NCBI GenBank assembly: GCA_030141605.1
Contig: JAQGDQ010000389.1
Location: 81,592 to 145,591 of the forward strand
DNA length: 64,000 nt
DNA from: Tubiluchus corallicola
Taxonomy: Eukaryota > Animalia > Priapulida
Reading direction: 5' to 3'
A model generated the notes under the pieces. The model ran no database searches. It was not told the origin of the DNA and saw only the letters and a list, made by a program, of their open reading frames with translations. Below, piece after piece: positions 12,950 to 25,088 of the stretch. Within the stretch, counting starts at the first letter, position 1; every line of letters begins with the position of its first letter. The translations under genes and the position numbers were made by a program.

Positions 12950-15608
12950 GTAAGTATCACATTTCTGTCTGTAGAATCTGATACTCTTAGCGTTACCAAA
13001 TGTAGAATTTTTGAACAGCATTTTCTTTTCATTCAAAATGAGTCTGGTGTATTTACCTTTGATAAATCATAACCTCTTAAATTAATAATGTTCATTGAGT
13101 TATTGATTCTTCTTATCACAATCATATTTATTATTTACGTGAATTTTCAGTGAAACTAGCTTTATTGTTTCAAAGATGGAGTGGGGCGCCTCGATTTCTG
13201 AATGGTACTTGTAAAAAACATCTAATGAATGATAGCAGCTCAAAAGTTTAACTGTTCCTTCTGCTGCATTCCTTTTCTTGGGTTGCAGTCTGATTATTTT
13301 AATTCATAATTTCAGTTTGGAGAGCCTGTCTTCATTCCTTCTAGAGCTGAAATATTTTTTCTACTACAATATTAACATAGCATTCAAGTCACATAATGCA
13401 CACCACAGAAGAGCTCTCAAGATGCCTAAGGCTGACTAATGTCTTTTTTTGGATTTTTGCGTTCCGCATGTTACAGACAAAATCATTAACAATATCAAGA
13501 GCTGCAATAAGAATACAAGTGACACATCAAAGAAAAAACTAGCTTTATGTATGCTGTTCAGTATTTGTGGTTGTCAGTTACTTAGTCTTCAGCCGTTTTT
13601 TATCAGGCTTTATTGTTTTTAAATGACCATGAAGTTTTTATTACATTTTTAATCGTTCGCATTATATTCTACATGTGATGACGAGATATTTCCCTTGGGT
13701 TGTAATGAAACCTGTGTGCCTTGAATGCATCATGTTTTATTACTATAATTATTAATAAAAAATGAATATTAAAATTTGTTTACTTCTGATTTTAATGCAA
13801 TAGAAATTTAAAGCAAATAAACACATTTTACTAAGTGTGCCATTTCTTCCTATTTTTCTGTTTGCGTCTTTCTCCCATGCCATTGCTTCCTGTTTCTTGT
13901 TTACGGTGCTTTAATACTTGTGCCATTTTTATCTATATTTAAAAATTTGGCAAACTGCTAACTTAAAATAAATGCTTGATACAAGAATGCAAGATCTATA
14001 CTTGTTGAATCTGGTGATATGGTTCCAGTTTTAGAACCAATTTCTTTACGTGCTGAATTAGATTAAGAACTGACAGCAGCTTGTTAACATATAAAGATTT
14101 GCAAACAACCATTAACATAGAGAAGTTTTTATTTATTTGTTGTATTTAATTGGTCCTAACTCAGCAGAACTAATCTGTATTAAATAAACGTAACAGATAG
14201 CGAGTCTAAACCCAGGTTAACTGAGCAATTCGGCTGACTTAAACAACTAGGCAGGAGAGATATGTATAAGCCCAGATCTAAGTTTGGGTTTACGATAATA
14301 GAAAGTACTGCAGAGATACGTCGATAGTGTTATTTACACTCGCATGCGCAGACACTGTTTCTTTTGACACTTTTTGCAAGGAAAAGACACTGAAAGATAC
14401 TTTTGTTATACCGTATGTAAATAATTGTTATTATGCTAATTACACAGTCATTACTTCTAAACGTGAAAACAGCTTAAATATTGATCAAAATCTGGCTTCT
14501 GTCAATGCAATTGATTTATTAATACACAGGTCACAAGCAGCATTTAGCCAAGCCAAACTTGATGAGTAACGAACATTCTCACAAACACCCCCGCTGCAAG
14601 TGCATGCAACTGCAAAAAAACTGAAAAACATGGAAAAATTTGGCAGTACAGTAAGCTTGGTACCAGGAAATTTTGGTACCGGGAAAAGTTACTTCTAGAA
14701 ACTTTTAGCAGTGCGAAAATCTAGCACTGGGAAAATTCAGTACAAAGCAATATGGTTGTCACGAACCTTTAAATTGACAGAGTGGCTCTTAAAATGTGGG
14801 AGGCTTTCAAGTTATCAGACTAAAGTTCACGAAAAGCATATTATTAGTACCTTGTTAATCTTCACTGCAGATTCTAGCTAGAGATGAATAAAAGAAAGAA
14901 AGAAGAAAGAGCAACGAGGATTGTGGTGCAATTACTTATTTACAATAATTGTTCTTTGTTAGACGTCATATTGAATTACAGTCATAAATGTTAGAACTAA
15001 TTTCTCTATTTATCACTGCACAGTTTTATACTATAAAAGTACTTTCTAAATCGCCTATACATTAGCTACAAATTAAACATAAAACGTTTGAATTTGCTGT
15101 GACTCTGGGAAAACCTGTTTCAACCATTTCACTCGCCTGGTTATACTAGCCTGGGTTGTTGACTTTTAAAGATATAATCCCTCAGCAAACAAGAAATTTA
15201 ATTACTTAATTCCTGGCTAAGCTTATGATATGGGTGGTTAAAATAATAATTTGTTGAGCACTTGGATAAATTAAGTTAGCAAAGACTGTAGACTTAACTG
15301 AATAAATCTACTGATGTAGCTGACTTTACTCTACTGATATAAGCATTAGTTAATGAAACGGGTTTTTAGGTTGACATTAGGTGAGTATTCTGAAATGGGT
15401 ATTTATGTATGCATGGTTTTTTAATATATGGTATCGCGTAATAAAATGTATTGGTTTTGCACTTCAAACGCAGTAGAGTTTTAATGTGCAGTTAAAAAAC
15501 GTTTTGAGTAGAAGTACCTGTTTTTCATATCAGCCTCTATATACGTGTTTTTATAAAAAGCTCCGTGTTTAATATCCTGAGTAAAATTTTATGGTTTATT
15601 TTTGATAG

Positions 15609-15869
15609 ACAAACCACGCACTGCAGATTTGAGTATTATTACTGGAAGTTCAGAGATTGTAATGTTATCAACATTGGAGCTCAAATGTGAAGCTGATGCT
15701 AATCCATCACCAACCTTCACCTGGAAACTGGATCGCAATATTTTACCTGACACAGGCGATGTTCTTACAAGACATGACGTGAGGAGCCGAGATACAGGAA
15801 AATACGAGTGTGTAGCAGCAAACGCTCTTGGTTCGGTCACGTCAAACATAATAGACATTTCTGTGAATA
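15609..15869 (+). CDS. Ig-C1q gene exon 8, Ig domain 6 (I-set)
   Basis: tttgatag| ... |gtaagt, phase 1-1, 261 nt; LELKCEADANPSPTFTW..DTGKYECVAANALG. Confidence 0.92.
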
Positions 15870-16956
15870 GTAAGTTTTACGTTTCTCTATATAGAATCTG
15901 ATACTTTTAGCATCACTGAATATGTAGAATTTTTTAGTATTTACCTGTGATTTTAAATGAAGCCAGTTCACTGATCTTTCACAAATCATCAATATCCAAA
16001 TGAGTAATTCTTCCTTGAGATAATTTTTATTATTCTTATTTTCACATCACTTTGTTATCTATAAGAGTTTTAGTGTCACTAGCCTTGTTGTTTTGAAGGT
16101 CTCGTGGGGGTACCACAATTACACAGTAATGCTTCCAGAAAGTATCCACTAAAAAACCACAACTCAAATGTTTGTGTTCACCCCTTTTCTTAGCTTACAA
16201 TCTCATTACTTTAATTTATATTTTCATTTTCGCAATTCATTTTTAATTCTCTCTAGTGCAACAAGCTTTTGTTGTCTTACTTCCTTATCCTGCAAAGGGT
16301 CGCTAAGCCTCTGACTTGGGTTGGCTAGTGTATTTTACTTTCCCCTTTGTGCTTCACTTTTAATGCATGTTTTGAACAAATCTAGCAATATCCGGAATTG
16401 CTGGCTTGAGTCGCTGAGGGTTGATGTGAGCAACTCGACAGAGCAAAACTGTTCATAGAACAACAGAGGACTTTATTAGCCCATTTGCTCATCCTGATCC
16501 TGTAAATACAAACAAATACAGCAAGACGTAGCGGAATAGCATTAATGCAAACATGTCACCTGTAAATTAAAAAAAACATTTCAATATCCACAATAATTCA
16601 CTGATCTTGTTTCTCATTGGCCAATTTCATGTAGTCTCAATTCTTTCTTACTTGTTGTTTTTTTATGCCTCCTCCCATTCCTGTCCTATTTTTAGGGCAA
16701 ACCATCCTGGGTGACAAAGTTCAGCCCTTCATGTTGAGTCGCCATTGATGGCACAATGATGTTTAAGAACGTATTGATATGAGTTCACAATGATTGATGC
16801 ACTGAATAGATTGTGGCTAATCCATGTTGTTGGTACCAAATTACGCTGGATAATGGAAAGGATGGTGATAATTGCGGAAACATCTTTGACTGTGATGACA
16901 TAATAATATTGACCAGCTCGTGATGATAATGATGATAAGTAACATTTTCATTTCAG

Positions 16957-17067
16957 CATTTGCTTTCTCTGTTCATACGCCAGAAAGCAGCTCTGGAAGC
17001 TGGATAAATATTATGAAATTTACAAAGATCCGAGTAAATTATGGAAACGTTTATTCATCGTCCACGG
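16957..17067 (+). CDS. Ig-C1q gene exon 9, globular C1q domain part 1
   Basis: catttcag| ... |gtatgt, phase 1-1; FAFSVH..MKFTKIRVNYGNVYSSSTG matches the gC1q AFS..F..V..N.G..Y...TG pattern. Confidence 0.87.
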
Positions 17068-17499
17068 GTATGTGATTTGCTATAAGTTAACAATGCTTCC
17101 CAACAAGAAAATAATATAATATTTGCTTCTATCATCATAACATCTAAACATTGTTGAAATTTTCTGGCTGACATTTCATTCCACACAACATTAGCGTCCT
17201 AGCAGGATTTATTGGAAAATCCCACAGGAAAAACCCACCTCACATTCCTTGCTATAATTGTGTAGAATTCTCATAATCTGTTGTATTGATTATCATTACT
17301 CCCCATTTTCAGTCTTAAAAAAGGTTTAATTGAAAAGTAACAAAGTTACAAGGAAACCGCGTCTCAGATGTGGGGGACATTGATCCTCCCTAGAACATTG
17401 TTACTTTCATATAATTGCAAAATAACGTTATACTTAATGAAAGCAGACAGAATACAAAACAACTACTTGTATTTTCGGCATGATAAGATTTCTCTAGCA

Positions 17500-18060
17500 T
17501 TTTTATTATTTTTATTATCGTCCTAGACGTGTTTCAGCCTACTAAGAGCTTCATCAGGGTTTTGATTTGAGAACGCTGTAAATTAACAGAACATACGTGC
17601 TTGCATGTGTATATGTGAGGGTGTGTGTATGTGTATGTGTGTGTTTGATGCGTGCGTGCATGTGGAGCCCTAACTGTAAATCATGGCACCCCATTCCATT
17701 GACTTACTATGTTTCAAATATAGACAGCATGATTGATCTTAGATCAACATATTTGAATCTTAGGATTTTTATAAAACAACGATTTTAAATTTCCAAATGT
17801 TAAAGCTTTCAAATTGTTTCATGAACTGAAATGATATCAATATGACAAGCTTATTTATTTTTAATGTTTTATTGTCATAATGCTGGTTATAAAAATATGC
17901 TTTTTCACCATGGTTGTGTTTAGATAGGCCTTCGCGTTAATTTGATATGCAAAATATTTAGAAGTTATTTATCCTAAGTGCTCCAAAGGGACATAATCCA
18001 TCCTTAGCTAAGCCCTATATTAGCATACCAGGAACTTTTTTGGAAGACAACCCTTCAGTT
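17500..18060 (-). mobile_element. Possible Penelope-like element relic with a minimal hammerhead-like motif
   Basis: Minus strand: degraded PG(ILY)GLAK..DG..PF near 17985-18035, then CTGATGA-agctcttagtaggct-GAAA-cac-GTC at 17557-17526 followed by AATAAA. Confidence 0.4.
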
Positions 18061-19827
18061 TACAATCAGAGAACTGCTTGAATTCATATAATTATTTACG
18101 GGAGATAATCGTAATCCCTGTATATCAGCGTATGAAAACGATTTGTTATCAGATTCATGTTATTTGTTTTGCTTAATTTGCTTTCTTTCATGGTCCTATT
18201 TTTAGCTTAGCAACAAGGTTTTGTTAACCTTGTGAACTGGAGTGACTTTGACCACTGACCAGCATTAAGTTCAGCCAAGCACAGCAATGTGTTAAAATTA
18301 TTTTTTTCAAGTTAATGTTGTTACTGATCATGGGGTGCTAAGTGACATTTGCATTTGAACTTTACAAACGAAATTATGAAAGATGCTGATTTTTATCAAT
18401 GATGCAGATTAGTCTTGCAAAAATTTTTGTTCTCGGTACAAATTAAGATGGCCTTACAAATACAATACTTACTACTTTTTCCATCTGTTGCACCGTTTTG
18501 CATCACAGAAGCTAATACTTATGTTGAATGAATTTTATGCTGGATTTGTTAGGAAAAATCGTGAAATTCCCTGTGCGTTTGACAAGAACACTAGCGTTCG
18601 TATTTTACAGAGAAACTACCTAACCGTACGGCGTTATAACCGTAGCATTAAAACTGCATTGACTGGCTAAAGGCTAGTTCACACTTTACCATTGCAGTTG
18701 ATGTCACAGTTGCCTGTCTATTGATGATTCATACTGATAAACCATTACGAAATGCAGATCGTGTGAATTGCTTAACAGATAATGGATGATCTAATTACAT
18801 TTATTTTTACATACTCTACAGAAAAAGCTGAAACATACTTTGTAGGTAGTTTTCTAAGTCGATTCGCTGTTATAAAAAACACTGTTGTTACGTGAAATAC
18901 GACGATTGACTTTAACTTAGTTAAACAAGAAAATGAGATTATTTTCAACTTTTAATTTCGAATTCCGTAATCGTTTCACAGGTAATTGTTTTTCTCTAAG
19001 ACTTAGTTTTTTGGTCTGTTTTGCATTTTAGTCTCTGCGGGTGATTCTTACTTCCTCCAAATCAAAGAGGAAACTTCTGTGTCAGGATTGAGGGGGCATG
19101 TACGATCATTGATCTTAGTGCTGGAGTAGGCTAATGAAAAAATTAAAAAATGAATTTAAAAAAATGAAATTAAATATGGTTAAGCGTAAATGCTGACAAG
19201 GGAATGCAGTAAACCTCTCAGGTGTGCATGTGAATGTGCCTTTAACTAGAACAAATTGAAATTCTGACTGTCTAGTAGTAAAAACAACTAATCACGTGCA
19301 CAAAGGGAGCTTCTGAAAAGGGAAGGTGTACTGTAGATCCTTGTCAGTGGTCAGTGGCGTTCTCTTATCCAGCTCTGTTTACACTCACAGGCTTTGCAAC
19401 AAACGAGCCACCTGTGTCATTTTTTCCATTGTTGTTATTTCGGTAAGCTGTGTATGCAATGTGCTTAATAATAAATCGATAATTCAATTTAATTCAATTA
19501 TATGAATCAATAATTTTGTTTCAGCTTAAACATTTGTTAGCTTAAGCATAAACCTGCAACGCAACTCTGTTAGGGCTGCAGTATCATCCTCCTTGCTTCT
19601 GTTGTAAATAGACAGCAGTTCAGTATTTTGATTTTTAAATGCATTTTTTCTTCAGCACTAAGATTTTATGTACTATAGTACATAGTATGAATAAATTTTA
19701 CATTACGTTACACAACAAAAGATCAAAGATCACATATGTGCACCTTTGGGTTAACTTTTGGATACTTTTTATTAAATTTATGCATTAGATAAAGACATAA
19801 ACGTTAATTTGGTTTTTTACTTTACAG

Positions 19828-19956
19828 GAAAATTCAAGGCGCCTATATCAGGCACTTACTCATTTGAACTGAATTTACGGGTGAAGAGAAGCTCAGCAAA
19901 TGTTGTGGCCGTTCTTAAACATAATGGAAATGATGTTGCACGTCTCTGGCATCCAG
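19828..19956 (+). CDS. Ig-C1q gene exon 10, globular C1q domain part 2
   Basis: tttacag| ... |gtaagc, phase 1-1; GKFKAPISGTYSFELNL..VAVLKHNG (gC1q GxFxAPxxGxYxF motif). Confidence 0.92.
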
Positions 19957-22900
19957 GTAAGCTTGTTTAGTAAACTATTTGCAATGAGGCATCGTGTCTA
20001 CACCCATACTAACAAGTTCATTACTCAAGAGTTTTAACTAAACAATTTTTTACATAAACTAATTTTCTATAATAATGTCATATTCATTAAATTTCATTCG
20101 TTCATTTGTTCATTCATTCACAAGTTGGTGACTGTCCATCCCCTTTGTCAATTACTTATTGATTGTTTAAAGCTCACTCACCTTATTTGCAATTCTAGTT
20201 TAATTATTCATTAACATAATTATGTTTCCTTCATTTTAATTCGTTTGGTAATAATAATTTGTAAAATAAGTATTGTTATACTTAAACAAAAATGCATAAG
20301 TGAAACACATAAAATAGATATAAATACTGTTCTGTTGTCGATACTAGCCACCAGGGTAGTTTTAATAGCTCCTGGATGGTTTGAACCAGAGCTATTGGTG
20401 GGCGAGACGCCATGGTTTGAGTACCTCATCCTGAAACGAGATTAGTGAACCAAATGCCTGGGAGTCATTAATTAGCATTGATTAAGTGGCATAAGCCCCG
20501 CCCATAATCTTGACTAATTTAGTGATTTTTTAAAATGAAAATGTTAATGTAAGAAAAAACTTTTGTAATCGAAATGAACAAGCTGGCTAAACACAAAACA
20601 TAAAAAAGGAATCTACCCTTGATTGGTTACCTCACATTGGCGCCCAAATAGTGAGGAGACATAATAATGAAGGGATCAGGCTTGTCCTGTTTGGCGCACA
20701 AACTAATACCAGTAATCACTGAACTCAAGGAATAAGAATGCGGCACTTGTTTTTATAGATTTTGCACAGGTGAAATAGGTTAGTATTTAAATTTCAGTCA
20801 ATCGGAAAGTAGGATTCGTGAATTTCGTTCAGGTAAGATGATTGAATTTCGATTTATAGATGTTTTTATTTTGAAGAGCCTTTAAAATAACATACACGTA
20901 ACATGTTCTGTGTCCTTTAATGAACGAAAGTTTAAACACGTAACAGGGCAAAAGCTCCGCCCCCCTCCCTTTGAAATCAAAGCCTTCCCCCTTTGAATGG
21001 AGTTAACATAATAAAGCAAAGCTGAATAATGCCTTCCACAACGTGACCCCAAGAGTTTCAAATGAAACACAAAAGGAAGATAACAGTTTTTGTTGCATAA
21101 TTTCAAATATCATTAGTCTGTGCTCGAGGCTACAAAATTATTCAGTAGAGTTAATGATTTTCTTTTAGTCGGTTGACTTTAGATGAAATATTGATTCGTT
21201 TAAATTTTACTTTATTGGCAGGTTTTATTGGTGCACCCTTAATTACGATTTTGCAAACCTAAAAAATTGTAAAAAGAGATTTATGTATTTATTTATGGAA
21301 CAAGAGCATTTTAAGTTAATACAGAAAAATACTGGCTGCAACCAGTCCCATCTCTTGGTTGGTGGTTAACCTCAGGCTTAATTGTTCAGCATTGTACAAC
21401 TAAATGGCAAGACTTCAGTGGAATGTTTGCAAGCATGCAAGTTTCAATTTCCAACTGTGTAAGACTATCGTTCAGTAGAGGATAAAATGTCTGCCACAAG
21501 CCAGGTTGCCAAAAGCAGGTTTCTTCACTGAAACTTCTCGTTATCTTTCTGCAAAATTTTATACTCAGAATTTCTAATGCAATAAAATAGCAGGTACATT
21601 TTACAGGTGTAAGCTAAAGTACAAGTAAAAAGCGTACTGAAATAAGAAGCCAAGCCCTAAATTTACATTTGAAAAGTGGGCAGAGGTCAGTAAGTTAGGC
21701 TTGTATTTAAACACTTGACATTGAAAGAATGAACTATTACAGGCAAACTGTTCAAGTTATTCATTCCACACAGTATTGATATTAAATTTTTACCAACTAC
21801 AAGGAAAAGAAATAAAGGAAGAGATTGTTAGGTTACAGCCACAGAATAATTAAGAAAAATCAATTAATCGATAAAATAACCATACAGACTAAAGAAGAAC
21901 AAGGGAGTGAGCAGAGCACGGCACCTGTACAATAAACATCATCATCATTCTGTGTTTATCATTATTTCAAGGATTAAATGCAAATTACTTCATTTGTCAA
22001 AACTTAAAAAAAGATAATTAGCAATACAGGAATGCGTTGCACCACTGAGCTAATGCTCAATGCTGTGATGAAATGCTGGCATGTACACATTATAAATTTA
22101 CCAATTAACAATTATTAAGAAAGTGAGATTATGCAAAAAAACAAACAAGAAATCATTTTAGTGCAAAAACCGACCTGTAGGAAAAAATGAAGTTTTCGCG
22201 AATTTTGCTCTTCGCTGGAGATCTGCAAATTGAAGCATGTCTGGAAAATCAAGCTTGTGAGCATCATCATGAAAATTTACAAATATTTACAACTTAGAGC
22301 TACGAAGAAGTATCACTGAAGTCATTCGTGCTACTAGGTAATGACTCTTGCTCGTTAGAACAGACAAAGCCATGGTAAATTAATGTTCTTTAAATGATAT
22401 TACACAGCTGAAGTAATTTCACTGAGTAAAAACTGCTGCCAACAGGAATCGAAGGAGGAATGCCGTTTAAGGTGGTAAGTACGTTTTTCAGTTTCGCAAG
22501 GAGATGACAGGCAAAATGATTCATTGGGGTTGTCATTGGTTGAAATATCAGGTAGGTCAATGCAGGTAAAACTGATTGCTCAGATAACATTGTCTGCTGA
22601 TTTCTCTCAAATTTGTCACCCCAGACAGGAGATGGGAGAGACTTTTGCAAATTTGTAATAGGCTCCATCATCTTCAAGTTAACTCTTGCAGGGCCAATTT
22701 ATTTTAGCCATTTTTGGGCAAGAGGAGAACTTTGGGCTACCTGGCAGCCTACCTACCAATCAAATATCATTTGCGTGGTTTATTTCCTGGAATCCAGGCG
22801 AAAATTGAAGTACAGTGCTGCTGTTAGATATTCAGTGTGTTGTACTAAAACTAGGCAAGTTATAAGATAAAATTCGAAATTTAAATTTACCGCTGTGCTC

Positions 22901-23319
22901 ACGCATGAGCTGTCGAATGTGTAAAGTTCGTCACAAACTAACATATCTAGCATATAACAAAATACCTGTGTGGTAATAATTCTTTCACGTAAGTCATTTT
23001 TGGAAAAAATAGTAAGCCTTCTTTCAATATTTTAAAAAGCAAATTATTTTGACCTACAGTTTAAGATTTAGTTCGGTTTTGCTTTTAGTGTCGATGGTCG
23101 TAGGAAGTCACATCATTTAGGAATGGACATCTTAGGTTGCAGTACAAGCAGTGTAAGGACAGGAGGTGAAGACTATGTGGAATTTTCAGATTCGGAATTA
23201 GAATTGATCAAATTAAACAAAAAATAATCAAATTACTTAAAATCAGTCTGCCTAGGTTGAGTGCTTTAACTTTAGAAGTGCTAGTTCAGTTAGTCAGCTA
23301 TACTAGATAACCATGATCA

Positions 23320-23430
23320 CCAGGGAATGTGGTGCTGAGCTTTTGCCTTGCAAGCAAAAGGGTGCTAGTTCAAATCCATGCTGCATATAACTTTTTTGTA
23401 TTTCCTATTTTTCAAGTTTGGTATCTAAAT
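23320..23430 (+). mobile_element. Degenerate tRNA-like (SINE-head-like) repeat, related to 35043-35160
   Basis: ttgcaag..ggtgctagttcaaatcc, followed by taactttttt..tatttttcaagtttgg, shared with the 35043 copy. Confidence 0.45.
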
Positions 23431-23556
23431 TTTATAAATTTTGGGTTTGCAAAGTAAAGAATAATCCTAACATTAAGATTAACTGGTGTATTCCTGTGAA
23501 TATTATTCACTCTCTGTACAACAGTTGTGCTTAAAAATAATATTATTTCATTGCAG

Positions 23557-23699
23557 GTGGTGGTAACTGGCAAACGACATCAAGTTCTGTCATTCTTCGT
23601 CTAGAAATGGGTGACGAAGTCTATGTCACATATCATTATACCAACACCGCCATTGACACATCTGATTTCAGCATTTTCAATGGTTATCTGATTGGCTAG
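23557..23699 (+). CDS. Ig-C1q gene exon 11, globular C1q domain part 3 and stop
   Basis: cattgcag|; TSSSVILRLEMGDEVYV..FSIFNGYLIG* (L.L..GD.V and F.GYL motifs); TAG at 23697-23699. The spliced CDS totals 2181 nt (726 aa). Confidence 0.93.
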
Positions 23700-23759
23700 G
23701 GTTTTTTTATCAACTTGAACTTAATCACAAACAACATTTTAGCCAACAACAACATACAT

Positions 23760-25088
23760 TGTGATGGTTCGGGTCAGAAGGGCCACAGGTACCCGAATAC
23801 CACCTTTTGACGTAGCGTGTGCCGAAAATTCTATGCTAATTATTTATACGGCGCTACGTCGAAAGGTGGTCTTCGGGTACCTCTGGCCTTTCCAACCCGA
23901 ACCATCACAGGTGGTGGCAGCGGTGGGATAATTGATTAAAGGTTATTTGATTGATTGTTTTATTTGAGTTTAGTTGGCTGGAATTATTGATTTAGCCACG
24001 AATGTTGAATAGTGCATTAGCAAATTTAATTCCAGTTTAAATATAAGTTTCCAAATGTTTGTTTATTGCCGTTTTAATAACTGACAAACATCTGACCTTG
24101 AATGTGCGATTTGTGGTCATTACTATGAAATGTACGAGTGGTTGATTGCATGAACGATACTGTGGTTTAAAGAATTTTTGATACGGACATCAATTATTGT
24201 GTGTTTGTGCACCTGTCTAGGTGGTATAAATACGTGTGATTGTTGTAACAGTGAAGTAAAGGTAACCAAGAAACAGGTTCGGTCTTTTCTTGGATTAATT
24301 GGCTTCTACCGGCGGTTCATTGAAAATTTCAGCAATATTGTGGCACCACCTTTCGTGCTCACTGAAAACAATGCACGCTTGACCGTTGAATGGAATGATG
24401 CCTGCGAGCAAAGTTTTATTCAATTGCGCAGTTGCCTAAGTTCCAACTCAGTGCTGCATTCGCCTGACTTTTCACTACCTTTTATTCTAACCACTGATGC
24501 CAGCTTTATGGGTATAGGGGCTGTCCTGTCACAAGTACAAGGTAAACTGGGAGAAGTCCCGATCACGTGGGTATAGGGGCTGTCCTGTCACAAGTACAAG
24601 GTGAACTGGGAGAAGTCCCGATCACATGGGTATAGGGGCTGTCCTGTCACAAGTACAAGGTGAACTGGGAGAAGTCGTGATCACGGGGGCATAGGAGCTG
24701 TCCTGTCACAAGTACACGGTGAACTGGGAGAAGTCCCGATCACGTGGGTATTGGGGCTGTCCTGTCACAAGTACAAGGTGAACTGGGAGAAGTCCCGATC
24801 ACGTATGTGAGTAGGAAACTGACGGCATGTGAGCAGAATTATTCGGTTGTGGATATTGAATGTTTATCGATTGTGAATGCTGTTGAGAAACTGAGATATT
24901 TCCTTGAAGGTAGACGATTTACGATAAAGACTGACCAACGTGGACTCCTTGCCCTACCGCGAATTAAGAAAAAAAATTGTCGCCTGTGCAGGTGGACTTT
25001 GATTTTGTCAGAATTTAGTTATACCATAGAAGACATTTGTGGCAATGAAAATACCGTAGCTGACGCCTTGTCAAGATTAGATGTCTAG
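23760..25088 (+). mobile_element. Internally deleted Ty3/Gypsy (Gmr1-like) LTR retrotransposon: putative 150-bp LTR, PBS and RT-connection/RNase H fragment
   Basis: TG..CA unit 23760-23909; PBS TGGTGGCAGCGGTGGGAT at 23912-23929; pol fragment KKQVRSFLGLIGFYRRFI..TDAS..GIGAVLSQ..SRKL..ECL..TD..ADALSR that stops at 25088, just after RNase H. Confidence 0.85.
24509..24804 (+). repeat. 59-bp tandem repeat, 5 copies, inside the RNase H coding sequence
   Basis: ggtatagggg-like starts at 24511, 24570, 24629, 24688 and 24747. Confidence 0.95.

Noticed and set aside
9490-15858. Minus-strand ORFs 9490-9684, 12648-12932 and 15589-15858
   Set aside because: They are antisense shadows of the Ig exons.
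16696-16710. Possible small linker or collagen exon between the last Ig and C1q exons (tttttag|GGCAAACCATCCTGG|gtgaca)
   Set aside because: Weak donor, no Gly-X-Y repeat, and exons 8 and 9 already join in frame. It cannot be fully excluded without cDNA.
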